Source of the DNA: Trichosphaerium sp. ATCC 40318
Lineage: Eukaryota; Protista; Tubulinea
DNA: 64,000 bases
Assembly: GCA_038496445.1 (NCBI GenBank)
Contig: JALMLS010000015.1
Location: forward strand, 727,303 to 791,302
Direction of reading: 5' to 3'
How positions within the stretch are numbered: position 1 is the first letter of the stretch; the number at the start of each line of letters is the position of its first letter. Positions 1 to 11,558 of this stretch are shown piece after piece. The position numbers were made by a program, and so were the translations under genes. Under the pieces are notes generated by a model, which did no database searches, was not told where the DNA came from, and was given only the letters and a program-made list of their open reading frames with translations.

Positions 1-319
1 ACCTTGTATAAATGGTGATGTTCAAGTAGTAGCCAGCGATTGTGTTGGTTATGAACAGCAACGCTCTCCTACAGGTCTTGATTTGTTAATTGTCACGAGC
101 AAATGTTCTGGTGATACTACCATACCAATAGTACTTGGTGTAACTGGTGGTTTCTTGTTTGTAAGATCCACTTGGTTTCTTTTGCATTTACTTATTTTCT
201 ACTAGATTTTTGTAGCATTCATGATATCTGTATTTGTCATCAAACCTCTCAGAACAGCTATAGTACCTTGGTCATTGAGAACTAGACAAAAAGAAGCGAA
301 AATAACACCAATGAACTAA
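1..319 (+). CDS. 3' end of a type-A surface protein (TM helix + VPWSLR tail); 5' part lies outside the window
   Basis: Near-identical to 5107-5422. Reads PCINGDVQVVASDCVGYEQQRS...IPIVLGVTGGFLF|intron|IFVAFMISVFVIKPLRTAIVPWSLRTRQKEAKITPMN*. Confidence 0.85.
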
Positions 320-545
320 AGAATGCCATTACCATTTCACCACGAAAGAAAAACTTACAAGGGTAAAAACTAAATAAAGGAACGGGGTCACCGTTGGCTA
401 TATTTTACTCTAAGATTTATGTTTATTTCGCCACAAAGATATACCAGAGCGTACCTTAAAGTGCCATCCTTAAAATAGCGTCAACACGTGATAAATTACC
501 CGAAACAACACGAAACAACACGACCCTCCAAAGAACGATAAAATA

Positions 546-890
546 ATGGTAAACACAGTGGAGGTGCTGTTGGTAGTCTCAATATTGCTATTCCCATGTA
601 TGTTATTACGTTAGATGAGTTTTTCGATTCTAGTGAAATACTTGAAACACCAGACTTAAGCGTTACTTCTGCACCAGTTATGGGCGCTTTGGAAACACAC
701 AATACAACGTATTATATTTTCGCTGCTTAAGAATTCACCGGTGAGTGATTAGCTATATTAGACGACGTAAGTCTAATACAAAAACAATACTTAACATAAG
801 TACAGGTTCCATAGATGTAGGTAGAATAGGTTCAGCGTTCACAGTACTTAGTTCTACGTGTTTTTTACATGCATCAATAAATGAGATTGG
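546..890 (+). pseudogene. Truncated, internally deleted copy of the type-B gene at 5617-8380
   Basis: Same promoter and ATG as 5520-5620. Several deletions remove the first acceptor and about 500 bp of exons. Homology ends near 890, where unrelated DNA begins. Confidence 0.85.
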
Positions 891-1554
891 CTCTCATTCT
901 CATATAAGATATGTTATAAATATAAAGCCTTACTGCCAGTGTTGGCACCCAATTCACCTACGCTGTATTTACCAGTTTTCAAATGTTGAAGTTAAGGATA
1001 TTTATCCAGGAGAATCTCATTGACAGCTATAAGTTTCTCTGCATGCAGAGTTGGTTCTAATGAGTTAAAGTAAATGATGTGTAGGAAATAGTGGTATGGC
1101 TACTGCGATAGGTGTAAATTTGGTAGTGCGGCCATTGGCAATGCTGCGTTTTTGCTGAGAACTGCCAGAGATCAAAAAGTCAGCATCCAATCATATTAGC
1201 ATACTATTGGTTGGTCAGTCGGCTAAAGCTAGAGTCTGCTCCTACTGCAACAGAGTGGTGATACATAGGTCATTCAGGAAGTGCGTGTTCACAGTGTGTT
1301 GTTTTCCCGACTACGAGGTTCCGAACAGAAGGTTCACAGTTGCCAATCTCCCAGAGTTGACAGAGATTGTTCACAGCCTGCTTTACCCTGATGCCTGTGA
1401 AAAATACAAAATGGCGTATTCTGAAATGTACTTTCAACTAGCCAATGAACATTTCAGCTTCAAGCAAATGACAACACAACTTAATAAATAATTTTGGTAT
1501 TCAAAAATGGCTTGTTTTTGTTCAGTCTACTTTGCTACAGGTTAAAACTCGTGT

Positions 1555-1935
1555 CTAGTGCGACTCAGTGCACCGTTGTACTCATACAGCATTATGTTCA
1601 CAGTGGTGAGTCAACTTTAGTTCAGTCATATGCCTGAGTTGGGTTAAAATCAACACTGAGTCATCAGTCAACAGATGTATTAGTTTATTTTCACTTTCAA
1701 TCTACAGCACTTGACAACACTGACTTTGAGACTCATTGTGGTTGATGTCATGTACATGTTGAGTCAGGTGAGTCTGGTTTTGTCAGGGTTAAAAACAGAC
1801 CTGAGTGGGACTCACCCTTTATGATGGTGCTCATATGTCACCAAATAATTTCGGCTGACGGCTGACTTGACTTCAGTCGTTTAACACTATACCAAGTAGG
1901 CTCCGTTTTTAATAACTGAGCCATCAGTGGCAATG
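1555..1935. repeat. Cluster of TGAGTC/GACTCA motifs, possibly a decayed DNA-transposon subterminal region
   Basis: At least 7 TGAGTC/GACTCA copies in both orientations between ~1560 and 1815, plus CTGAC variants to ~1935. Confidence 0.45.
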
Positions 1936-1959
1936 ACTTAAAAAGGCATTGGTTTTATT

Positions 1960-2770
1960 AATTATATTGGTTGCAGAAATGGATTGATATATGGTTATTA
2001 TTTGGTTTCGAGTGGTTGAAGACGCTACGGTTAGCAAGAAAAAGCCTGGTTTTTGAAGATATGCAAGGGAGTCAAGGCCTAGACCAGTGCTTTTTTTTCT
2101 GAAACGTCTCTCAGGTTGGATTTTCCAAGGTATTTTGGCGTCTGCTCTGAGTAAGTCGGCTCCATTGCATCGCACTCTTTTGAGGATTGTTGGGTCTACT
2201 ACTGTAGCGTTGGTCACAAAGGTAATACCTAGGTTAATGACTATTTATGATTGTGGCTTTTCGATAAACATTAAATTTTCTGAAGCGGATAAGGCGAGAC
2301 CAGCTGCATGTCTTCTAGAGATTTCTTTGTTTTGTTTAGTGTTGTTGAGATTGAGGTTAATATGTATGCCTAGGTCTTTGTAGCGAGGAAGGAGACATGG
2401 TTATCACCTACTTTAGGAGGTGGGTATAGGTGGGTTGGAGCGGATCTGTTAATGTGATTTCTTGGCGTTAATTTTCATCCCATAAAAGGAGCACCATCAT
2501 TTCTTCATATGATTCTGCAATGATTTTTATATCATCATACGCTATTATAGGTACTCAGATGTTGGTGAAAGGATTTTGTAGCCACAGTTCATATTTTCAA
2601 GTTCTTTGATTAATATATTTGCAAAGGTGGAAAGTATTGGGCTGAGGCCATCGCCTTGTTTGACGCCTTTCTCAGTGTTAATGGAATTTTGCCAACTATG
2701 ATGTGGCGGTAAGACCTTTGTGCCACATTGCTGTTACGTTCTTTTTAGAAACCGTATTTGCTGTGGAATA
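1960..2770 (-). mobile_element. Degenerate non-LTR retrotransposon (LINE) reverse transcriptase fragment
   Basis: The minus strand gives KGVKQGDGLSPIL (~2635-2670), IAYDDIKIIAESYEEM (degenerate YADD, ~2500-2545), YKDLGIHIN (~2357-2382) and KSTGLGL in the correct RT motif order, with frameshifts and stops. Confidence 0.85.
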
Positions 2771-2837
2771 GTATTGACCAATCAAATACGCTTTTGGACA
2801 GCGAAGTAATTTAATTTGTATCCACGTTAACTCGAAT

Positions 2838-5422
2838 ATGGTTTGTACACTGGGTGCCTATTTAACAATATCAGCGTCATTAATATGGATAACAGGTAAA
2901 TATAGCAACAGGTGTAGTTAATTTAGTGATTTATTTTTTTTTGGTAGTGTTCGCACGTGGGGCGCTAGAAGATGAATTTTTTGACTCCAATTGGGTGATG
3001 GAAACTAAACACATAATGAGAGAAAATGGAACGACGGAAATAGGATCAATACGAACAGCAGACGCTACTTATGTCATCTTTGTGTCACGTGCTAGTAAGC
3101 GACACTAATTCAATTTGATTTTTTTCTTTTTCTGAGTGTTTCGATACTCTACAATTCTAGATATCGCATATACGCTTCAAATCGTCCAAATTCTCTAAAT
3201 TTGTTTCCTCCAACAAAATTTGAACGATATTGCTGTACCTGAGATATCTAGAATTCTAGATTATCTAGATATTTGAAAATAAGGTGCCTTTCATATGGCA
3301 TAATATACCGCGCTGTACCATATGAACGTGGTTTTGAAACGTGACTTTAATTATCTTGAATTATCTAGTTTATCGGAGATATTTAACCATCTCCGTAGCA
3401 AATAATCTAACGTTGGATGTCGGAGTCAGTATAGCAGTAACCACCATACAAGGTAATGGTTCAATCATCACTTTTAATTGGTACTAACGTTTTGAAAAGA
3501 TTGGCGTGCTGGAAGTCGAACTTTTGAACCATTATTTGTAGCGAATGCTTCACATGTGAAAGTCCCAACTTTATCAAATTTAGTACACCAACCTGAATTC
3601 GTTTCGGTGTACAAAAGTATAGACGGAAGTTTGCGAGTATTGTTTTTACGTTTGGACATAAGTACAAAGGTAGGCGAGAAGACTACGGAAACCAACCTTA
3701 CCTTTTTTTTGTGAAAAAGACAATTGAAGTTACCAACGACACTCTATTTCAAGAAGAAATGGCTAACTCGTTAGACGCTTCAAGAAACTCAATTGTAGAA
3801 TGTGCGACATACACATTCATTGTTAGCGCTAACTCCTCTTTTTAGATAAAGTGAACAAATACTTGCTTCATTGTATTGTACAGTTAGGACCTTCTTACAC
3901 TTACATTCTTGAAAATGGATTGGACCCTGTATTAATTGGATGTGCGATTCATTGTTGTTACTTTAATATATCACTGACACATTTTTTAAAGTTGATAATA
4001 CAAGTATTGTTGATAGTTCACTTGTATTCGTTAATCAAAGCTGTTTTGTGGTTGCATCAGTTCGCCAAGGAACTCTGAAATTCACATACTGGAATAACTC
4101 CCTTCCTGTACAGTTTATAATATTGGCGCCACTTATTCATACATATTTTAGGCAGTTGAACAAGATTCAATACGGCTCTCACAGGTAGCACAGAGAGTAT
4201 ATTTGAGATACAACTTGGATCAAAATGTTCTTCATTTGCGAGTGGATGATTTGAAGTACACTTACTCAGTCATAATCACATCTACATGTGGATCAGCAAC
4301 GTTTGTGCAGTCAGATATTTTCGACAGGGTTCCTGAATTATCTGCCATAAGCGTTGGATCTTCTACAATCTCTCCATTTGTCTTTCTGTATTTCTACCCA
4401 AATATGACACAAAATATTAAGTACTCATCAAATGTTACCTTGGTATGTCAGTCTTACCCTATCAGATCCCACTAATGATCTTCAAGGAATCAGTCATTGA
4501 GAAACAGTTATCGATGAACTTGCCTAAATATGCTATTAGTGGTATTATTGACAAACATAGTTGTGTTCTGTTTGTACGTTTTCAATGAGGGCAAAGCATT
4601 TGTAACAATTGATAAATAGATATTGGCGTCAGCAGAGAATATGCAATACAATGCCTTCATTAAACCTCAGGATCGTCTATTCGATTGTATACGTGAGTAT
4701 CTATTCCATAACTTAGCTACCCTTATTCATGTTCTAGCAATTACTCCAGCACCTACGAGCTCAAGAATTGTAAACAACACCTTAGAGTGTATGAATAGCA
4801 CTTGCCTACAGTGCCTTTTGGCAGAGTGTACATACAATGGAAGTATCTATATACCTAACACTGTTGCTGTACGTATAACTGAGCCTACAGTGATTGAAGG
4901 TGATTTCACAAACAATGGCGATGTGATTCTAGTGGTTGACGATGAAACTACACTTTCTGTGAAAGGTAATGATATCATCTACAACGTAGAGTTAGTGTAT
5001 TAATTATAACTTTAGGATGCTTGGTGATATTGTCTAATAGTTCATTTATTGTTGACATATCCGGTGTTGACACATCATCTGAGCAAGTAATCAATGTTAT
5101 TTCATCACCTTGTATAAATGGCGATGTTCAAGTAGTAGCCAGCGATTGTGTTGGTTATGAACAGCAACGCTCTACCGCAGGTCTTGATTTAATTGTCACA
5201 AATGAATGTTCTGGTGATACTACCATACCAATAGTACTTGGTGTAACTGGTGGTTTCTTGTTTGTAAGATCCACTTTGTTTCTTTGCATTTACTTCATTT
5301 TCAACTAGATTTTTGTAGCATTCATGATATCTGTATTTGTCATCAAACCTCTCAGAACAGCTATAGTACCCTGGTCATTAAGAACCATAGCAAGAGAACC
5401 GAAAATAACACCAATGAACTAA
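2838..5422 (+). CDS. Type-A surface protein: signal peptide, shared N-domain, Cys module, TM helix, VPWSLR tail (multi-exon)
   Basis: All exons join in frame through GT-AG introns, from MVCTLGAYLTISASLIWIT to ...VPWSLRTIAREPKITPMN*. Paralogous to 19443-22106 and 25595-28235. Confidence 0.8.
3128..3390. mobile_element. MITE-like palindromic insertion in intron 2 of the type-A gene
   Basis: The intron is ~300 nt versus ~50 nt in paralogues. It holds three ~35-bp GATATCTAGAATT(C)TAGATTATC-like units (first inverted relative to the second and third) and a TTCATATGG...CCATATGAA stem. Confidence 0.55.
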
Positions 5423-5616
5423 ATATTGTTATTACATTCCAACGCGAAAGAAAAAACTTCCTATATTTTACCCTAAGATTTGAATATGTTTATTTCACCT
5501 CAAAGTATGTACTATAAGAGCGTACCTTAAAGTGCCATCCTTAAAATAGCGTCAACACGTGATAAATTACCCGAAACAACACGAAACAACACGACCCTCC
5601 AAAGAACGATAAAATA

Positions 5617-8380
5617 ATGGTAAACACAGTGGCGCTGCTGTTGATAGTCTCAATATTGTTATTCCCATGTATGTTATTACGTTAAACTAGAAATTAACAT
5701 TGTATTACAGTGGCGTATGCGCAAACGCCGTTAGATGAGTTTTTCGATTCTAGTGAAATACTTGAAACACCGGACGTTAGCGTTACTTCAGCACCAGTTA
5801 TGGGCGCTTTGGAAACATACAATACAACGTATTATATTTTCGCTGCTGAAGGATTCACTGGTGAGTGATTAGCAGCTTTTGTTTCTGAATAAGCGTTATT
5901 AAACTAGCTATATTAGACGGGCCAATAGACGGCACAGTACTCCGAGTGACAACGTTAGATGGTAATCTTTTTTTAGTAATCTATATTTCACTGACTCGAA
6001 GTAGATTGGCTTGCTGGAAATCTAACGTTTGAGCCTTTGTTCATTCCAGGCATTAAATCCCCTGAGCTCACTCTTTCAATGGATATGAGCGATTCTCTTA
6101 CGTTTGCTATGTTACACACAGACGGACTAGAATTTAGAGTTACATTCTTCAGCCTCAATCTAGCAGCGAAGGTGCAATATCAACCTTTTTTCTGATCCGT
6201 ACTAACGTGCTTCTTTAGAGCATTTCAGTCAATTCAACAGCATTTCCAAATGTAGACTCTAGTATTGTGAAGTCACATACATTCCTCTCAAGATTTGGTA
6301 CGACAAAACTATGATTTAGGCTCTAACTGATTGCTTAGGTCAATACTTTGTTAATTTTCATTTTGTGGAAATTGGCGATTTTGCAGATACCTTTGAGTTA
6401 AGCCAAACAACAGGACCTATACTAAGTACCTCTAAAACAAAAATAATAATAATTGTATACTTAATGATTACAGGTAAGGTAGATGTGGGTAGGATAGGTT
6501 CAGCGTTTACAGTACTTAGTTCTACGTGTTTTTTACATGCATCAATAAATGAGACTGGTAAGGATATCAAGTTCACATTCTCTGAGACGTTTCTACAGAA
6601 CGTACGTGTTTGACAACTTTGTTTGATCAAGTGCTAACATTACTTCAAGAATGCTACACAATATGTATTGAATCAAACTGAGGAAATAAGAAAGATAGTA
6701 TTCCTTGACTACAATCCAGCCACGTCATCTTTGGTTATTCAAATTGATACTTTGGGTTCTACAATTACAGCACTGTTTGATGTGTCCCCTGTAACATGTG
6801 AAATGGCATTTTTTATTTCAGAGTATCAAGAATCTCGTGATACAGCACCATCAACAGCAGTAAACACGTTTGATATATCACCAGTATCTCCATTCGTGTA
6901 CTTGCGCTATGACAGTGACAACGATACAATGATATTTTCTTCTACTGCGCAACTGGTACAGCTATAACAGTAACACAAAACTAAATTGCATAGGATAATC
7001 CACTAGAAAAGAACGTACAAAGTGTTGAGACTATTTACCCGTCAGTGTTAGAAGGTATCCTTGACAGAAACCTATGTTATCTTGTCGTACGCTTTCCTTA
7101 AAAGTGATTTGTCTAACACTAAAAACAAAGGTATTACTGGCAGACCAAGAAGAATTCATTGCGTTTATTGAACCCCGTGTAGACTTATTCACTTGTACTC
7201 GTACGTAGGTTCCTTCCTTATTTGGAATATTTACATTTGCCAAGCGAATACTCCGCAGCCTACAAGCCTACCTCCTTTTACCTCTCAACCTGTTTCTCCA
7301 ACTGCTGTACCATCACCTCCTCTACCACTCATCCCTCCTATCACGCCACCGCCAACTACAGAGCCTCCAACAACGAATGCACCTGTTGTACCTCGAGCAC
7401 CTATTCCAAACCCATTCCCAAATGTACAGCAGTTTTTCCTATTGGTATTGTCACAACTTATTATTCGATAGATTGAGCCTCGACTTGATTGTATCTTGGA
7501 ATTAGGCAACACATTCACTTTAATTCTTGGATGGAACACCATGGTAACAATATTTGGTAACTAAGCTATTGACACTTTTGAAGGAAACTCAAACAATTAT
7601 GGTTGATAGAGGAGAAAATAATATGATGACTGCTGGTGGTGTATCAATAACAACTCAGCCAACTTCGTTTAATGGAAGCGCTCCTTTTTATCCTGCATCA
7701 GGACAGTTCAGATTCAACTTCTCAGGTGGATCAGGGATGTGGATTCTCGGAAGAGGAGTGATCAACTTTGACAGCTCTGATCCAGATACAAGGTGTATTA
7801 CTGATGGTACGATTTTCGCAGCATCCTTAACCTCAATACTACTTTTTAGAGGCATCAGTTGCTTTGACAATCAACGAAGCATTTCCTTTGGATGACAATA
7901 CTCTCACTGGTATTCAAAATGAAGTTTCCAAAGGAATGGGTATTGATCCAAACATTACAGAAGTAACTCAACAACCAGTTACAAACAAACGTCAGGCAAG
8001 CACGACCGTTACTGTCACTGTTGCGTGTACGTTTAATTCGCTATCACGCTTTATATTCTCACATATATATTTTTAGCAACAAGTACCGTTCAACCTACAA
8101 CTGTGGTTGCGAACTTCATAAACAACGCTACTTTGGTATCACAGACTACAACTAACATAGAGACATCAGTCAATGTTATGGTTGAGGTAGGATAAGAACA
8201 ACAAATTCGTTAACTTACGCTTTTTGTCTATAGGATGTCTCTACTCCTGAACCTTCAACGGTTGTACAAGGCACAGACCGACCTTTACCACCTGTAGCAA
8301 CACCAACGCCAAGCAGCTTTGTTGTATTGCAACCTGCATTTGTAACTATAATTATGTTTCTCATACTAGCCGTTTTGTGA
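5617..8380 (+). CDS. Type-B surface protein: shared N-domain, Pro-rich stalk, beta module, KRQ-containing module, probable GPI signal
   Basis: In-frame multi-exon model from MVNTVALLLIVSILLFP to ...SSFVVLQPAFVTIIMFLILAVL*. Hydrophobic C-terminus with no cytoplasmic tail. Confidence 0.8.
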
Positions 8381-8572
8381 ATTAAATAAACCTGCACGTG
8401 TAGAAATAACACAATTTTATTTACCTTCAAAGATTTTTCTCAGTTCATTCTGGTAGTTCCGAATCACCACATTGTCACAAAGAGGCGAGGTGTAAAGATT
8501 TCAAGAAAGCATGCCTTAACCACGTGATCTGCACAAAATTCCTTTTTTCTCCATAAAAAAACGAAGAGCACA

Positions 8573-11391
8573 ATGGCGAAGAGTGCCACCATTGTCCTTA
8601 CCTTCTCTATGTTGCTTATACCTGGTACTTTGTTTTTATGTTCGGCTAATTAACTAACGCTTGTACAGCTCTTTACGCGCAAATCTTGCCCTTTAATGAG
8701 TTTTTTAATTCAAGTGGATTAGTAACTGGACCAAACGTAGCTCAGCTTGCATTATTAGAGATGGGCGCTTTAGAAACTCAAAACACAACATATTTCATCT
8801 TTGCTGCCAATGCGAGTTAGTAATTTTTCGTTCTCTTTTACAAAAAAGGTTTGATAATTCATAATACCTAGACGAAAATGGCACAAACGGTATAGCTGTA
8901 CAAGTGACGACAATCAACGGTAATCAGCAACATGTAACAGTAATTCAGATCTAACATCCATTAGATTGGAGTGCTGGAAACCTAACATTCAAGCCTTTGT
9001 TCATTCCACAAACGAGAGATCCGAAACTGACCACTTCAATTTCTATTAACGGTTCTACAACATTTGCTATGATACACAAACCTATGTCCGCATTTAGTGT
9101 ATCGTTCCTTCAACTTAATCTATCAACAAAGGTGCTGACCACAACTATTTTCGACATTTCTCATATTTTTTCTAATCACGTTCAAGGTTGTATCGGTTTC
9201 GCAAACCTATTCGTTTGGTGGTCTAATAGACTCTCAAGGCGTAAGCAAACATACATTTACATCATACAAGGGTACAATATTTAAAGAATAAACCAACCTG
9301 ATAATAGGTAGGTAAATATTACGTTAATTTTTTTTTCAATGAACGAGAAGGTCTTGCTGAAACATACGAGCTTCAAGAACAATCTACCCCCAAACTCGAT
9401 GCCAGTAATGCGGTCCCAATTTATTTATCCGCTGATAAGTTTAGGTGTAAATCTGTTTACATTCGATGCTTGGTTCACAGTTATTGGACCAAACTGTTTT
9501 TTGCATGCCTGGTTTGACAACTTGAATACGATTTCCTTCACATTCGTTGATACATCTTTGAATACTGTACGCTTGTCAACGTTATTAAATGTGACTAATT
9601 TCCAAAAATACAAGACCACCAAACAAAAAGTGTTCAATGAAACAGCACCTGAGGAAATAACAGATATTGAGTATCTTGAATACAACTCATTCACTAACTC
9701 TTTGGTAATCCAGCTACATTTGCAAAATGCAACTATTTTTAAAGCACTATTTGAAATGGACAAACAACAACACTGTAAACATGCGAAATTCTTAGAGAGT
9801 CATCACGTGATATTCGACAATGGAGTAGCAACAGCAGTAAACACTCATGATATATCATTTATTTCTCCATTTGTTTATATGCACTATGATCCATTTCCTA
9901 ACACTACTGTGGCGTTTTCTTCAACTCCGCAATTGGTACAACAATAACATGGTAAACAGAATTTTGACCTTGTTGCATTAGGACAACCTAATAACGAAGA
10001 ATTTGCCAATAGACTCTTTTTTTGTTCGAAAAGTACAAGGCATTCTTGATAGACACCACTGCATTCTTGTTGTACGTTTAGATTTTCTAATCTTTAAAGA
10101 TTTTAACAATATTATTGAAGGCCCTGATTGGAAATCATGCAGCCCAGTTCAGTGCCCTTATTGAGCCTCATGATGACTTGTTTAATTGCATTTGTAAGTA
10201 CCAAGATTATTCTCGTATAGGCGCTTAAGTTGCTTAGCAAATACTCCTCCTCCAATCTCTCTGATGCCAATCTCTGTAACTCCTACTTTGTTACCTACCA
10301 CTACTCCAACGCCTGTATCGCCAACTGTTGCGTTTACAACCCCACCACCAACTACAGAGGCTCCAACGTCCAATCCACCTGTCGCTCCATCAGCAAATCC
10401 ATTTCCAAATGTACATTTACTGCCTTTGTAACTTTGTTGTAATTGTTATTTGTTAGATTGTACCTAGACTTGATTGTATCTTGGAATCAGGCAATGAGTT
10501 CATTGTAATTCTTGGATGGAGCACCATGGTAACCGTACTCTTCACTATTTGTTGGAAATTACTGACATGTGAAAGCGTACATTGAGCGTAAACGTTGGCG
10601 AAAATAATATGGTTAGTGCTGGTGATGTATCAATAACAAATCAGCCAACTTCATTTTCTGGAGACGCACCGTTTTACCCTGCGTTGGGACAGTTCAGGCT
10701 CACTTTCTCAGGTGGCTCTGGCATGTGGATTCTCGGAAGAGGAGTCATCAACTTTGATAGCTCTGATCCAGATACAAGGTGTATTACTGATGGTACCATT
10801 TTCCCTAACTGCACAATCTTAACCTCACTTTACTTGTTAGAGGCTTCAATTGCTTTGAGAATCAACAAAGCGTTCCCTTTGGATGACAACACTCTCACTG
10901 GCATTCAAAACGAAGTTTCAAAAGGAATGGGTGTTGATCCAAATATCACAGTGGTCGATCAGGAATCATCAAACAAACGTCAGGCAAGCACAACTGTTAC
11001 CATTACAGTCGCTTGTACGTCAATCAGTAAAATCCACTTAAATATTTATGTTTTTAGCAACAAGTACCGTACAGCCTACAACCGTGGTTGCAAACTTCAT
11101 AAACAACGCTACTTTGGTATCACAGACTACAACTAACATAGAGACATCAGTTAATGTTATGGTTGAGGTAGGACAAGAACAAATAATCATGATACCTATG
11201 AACTAATTTTGTTTTCCTTTTAGGATATATCAACTCCTGCGCCTTCAACGCTTGTACAAAGCACAGACAGGCCTTTAACGCCTGCGGAATCACCGGTTGT
11301 ATCAGAGCCAAGTAGTTATGTTGTTTCACATCCTTCGTCTCTACTTACGTTTGTGCTAATGCTGATACTTTGTATGCCTTTCCAGCTTTGA
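8573..11391 (+). CDS. Type-B surface protein paralogue
   Basis: Same exon architecture as 5617-8380. Runs from MAKSATIVLTFSMLLIP to ...SSLLTFVLMLILCMPFQL*; the C-terminal exons are near-identical in DNA to the first copy. Confidence 0.8.
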
Positions 11392-11558
11392 TAATAAACA
11401 CATACTTATCAGAATTGACATGTACTGCTGAATACACTTTAGGTGTAATGCTCAGGGTAAAAGGTGTTTACAAGAAGATTCATAATGGTATTTAAAACAT
11501 GTTTTATCACGTGGTATTGTTACAAATAATACTTTGAGTTTTTTCTGAATAAAAAAAT

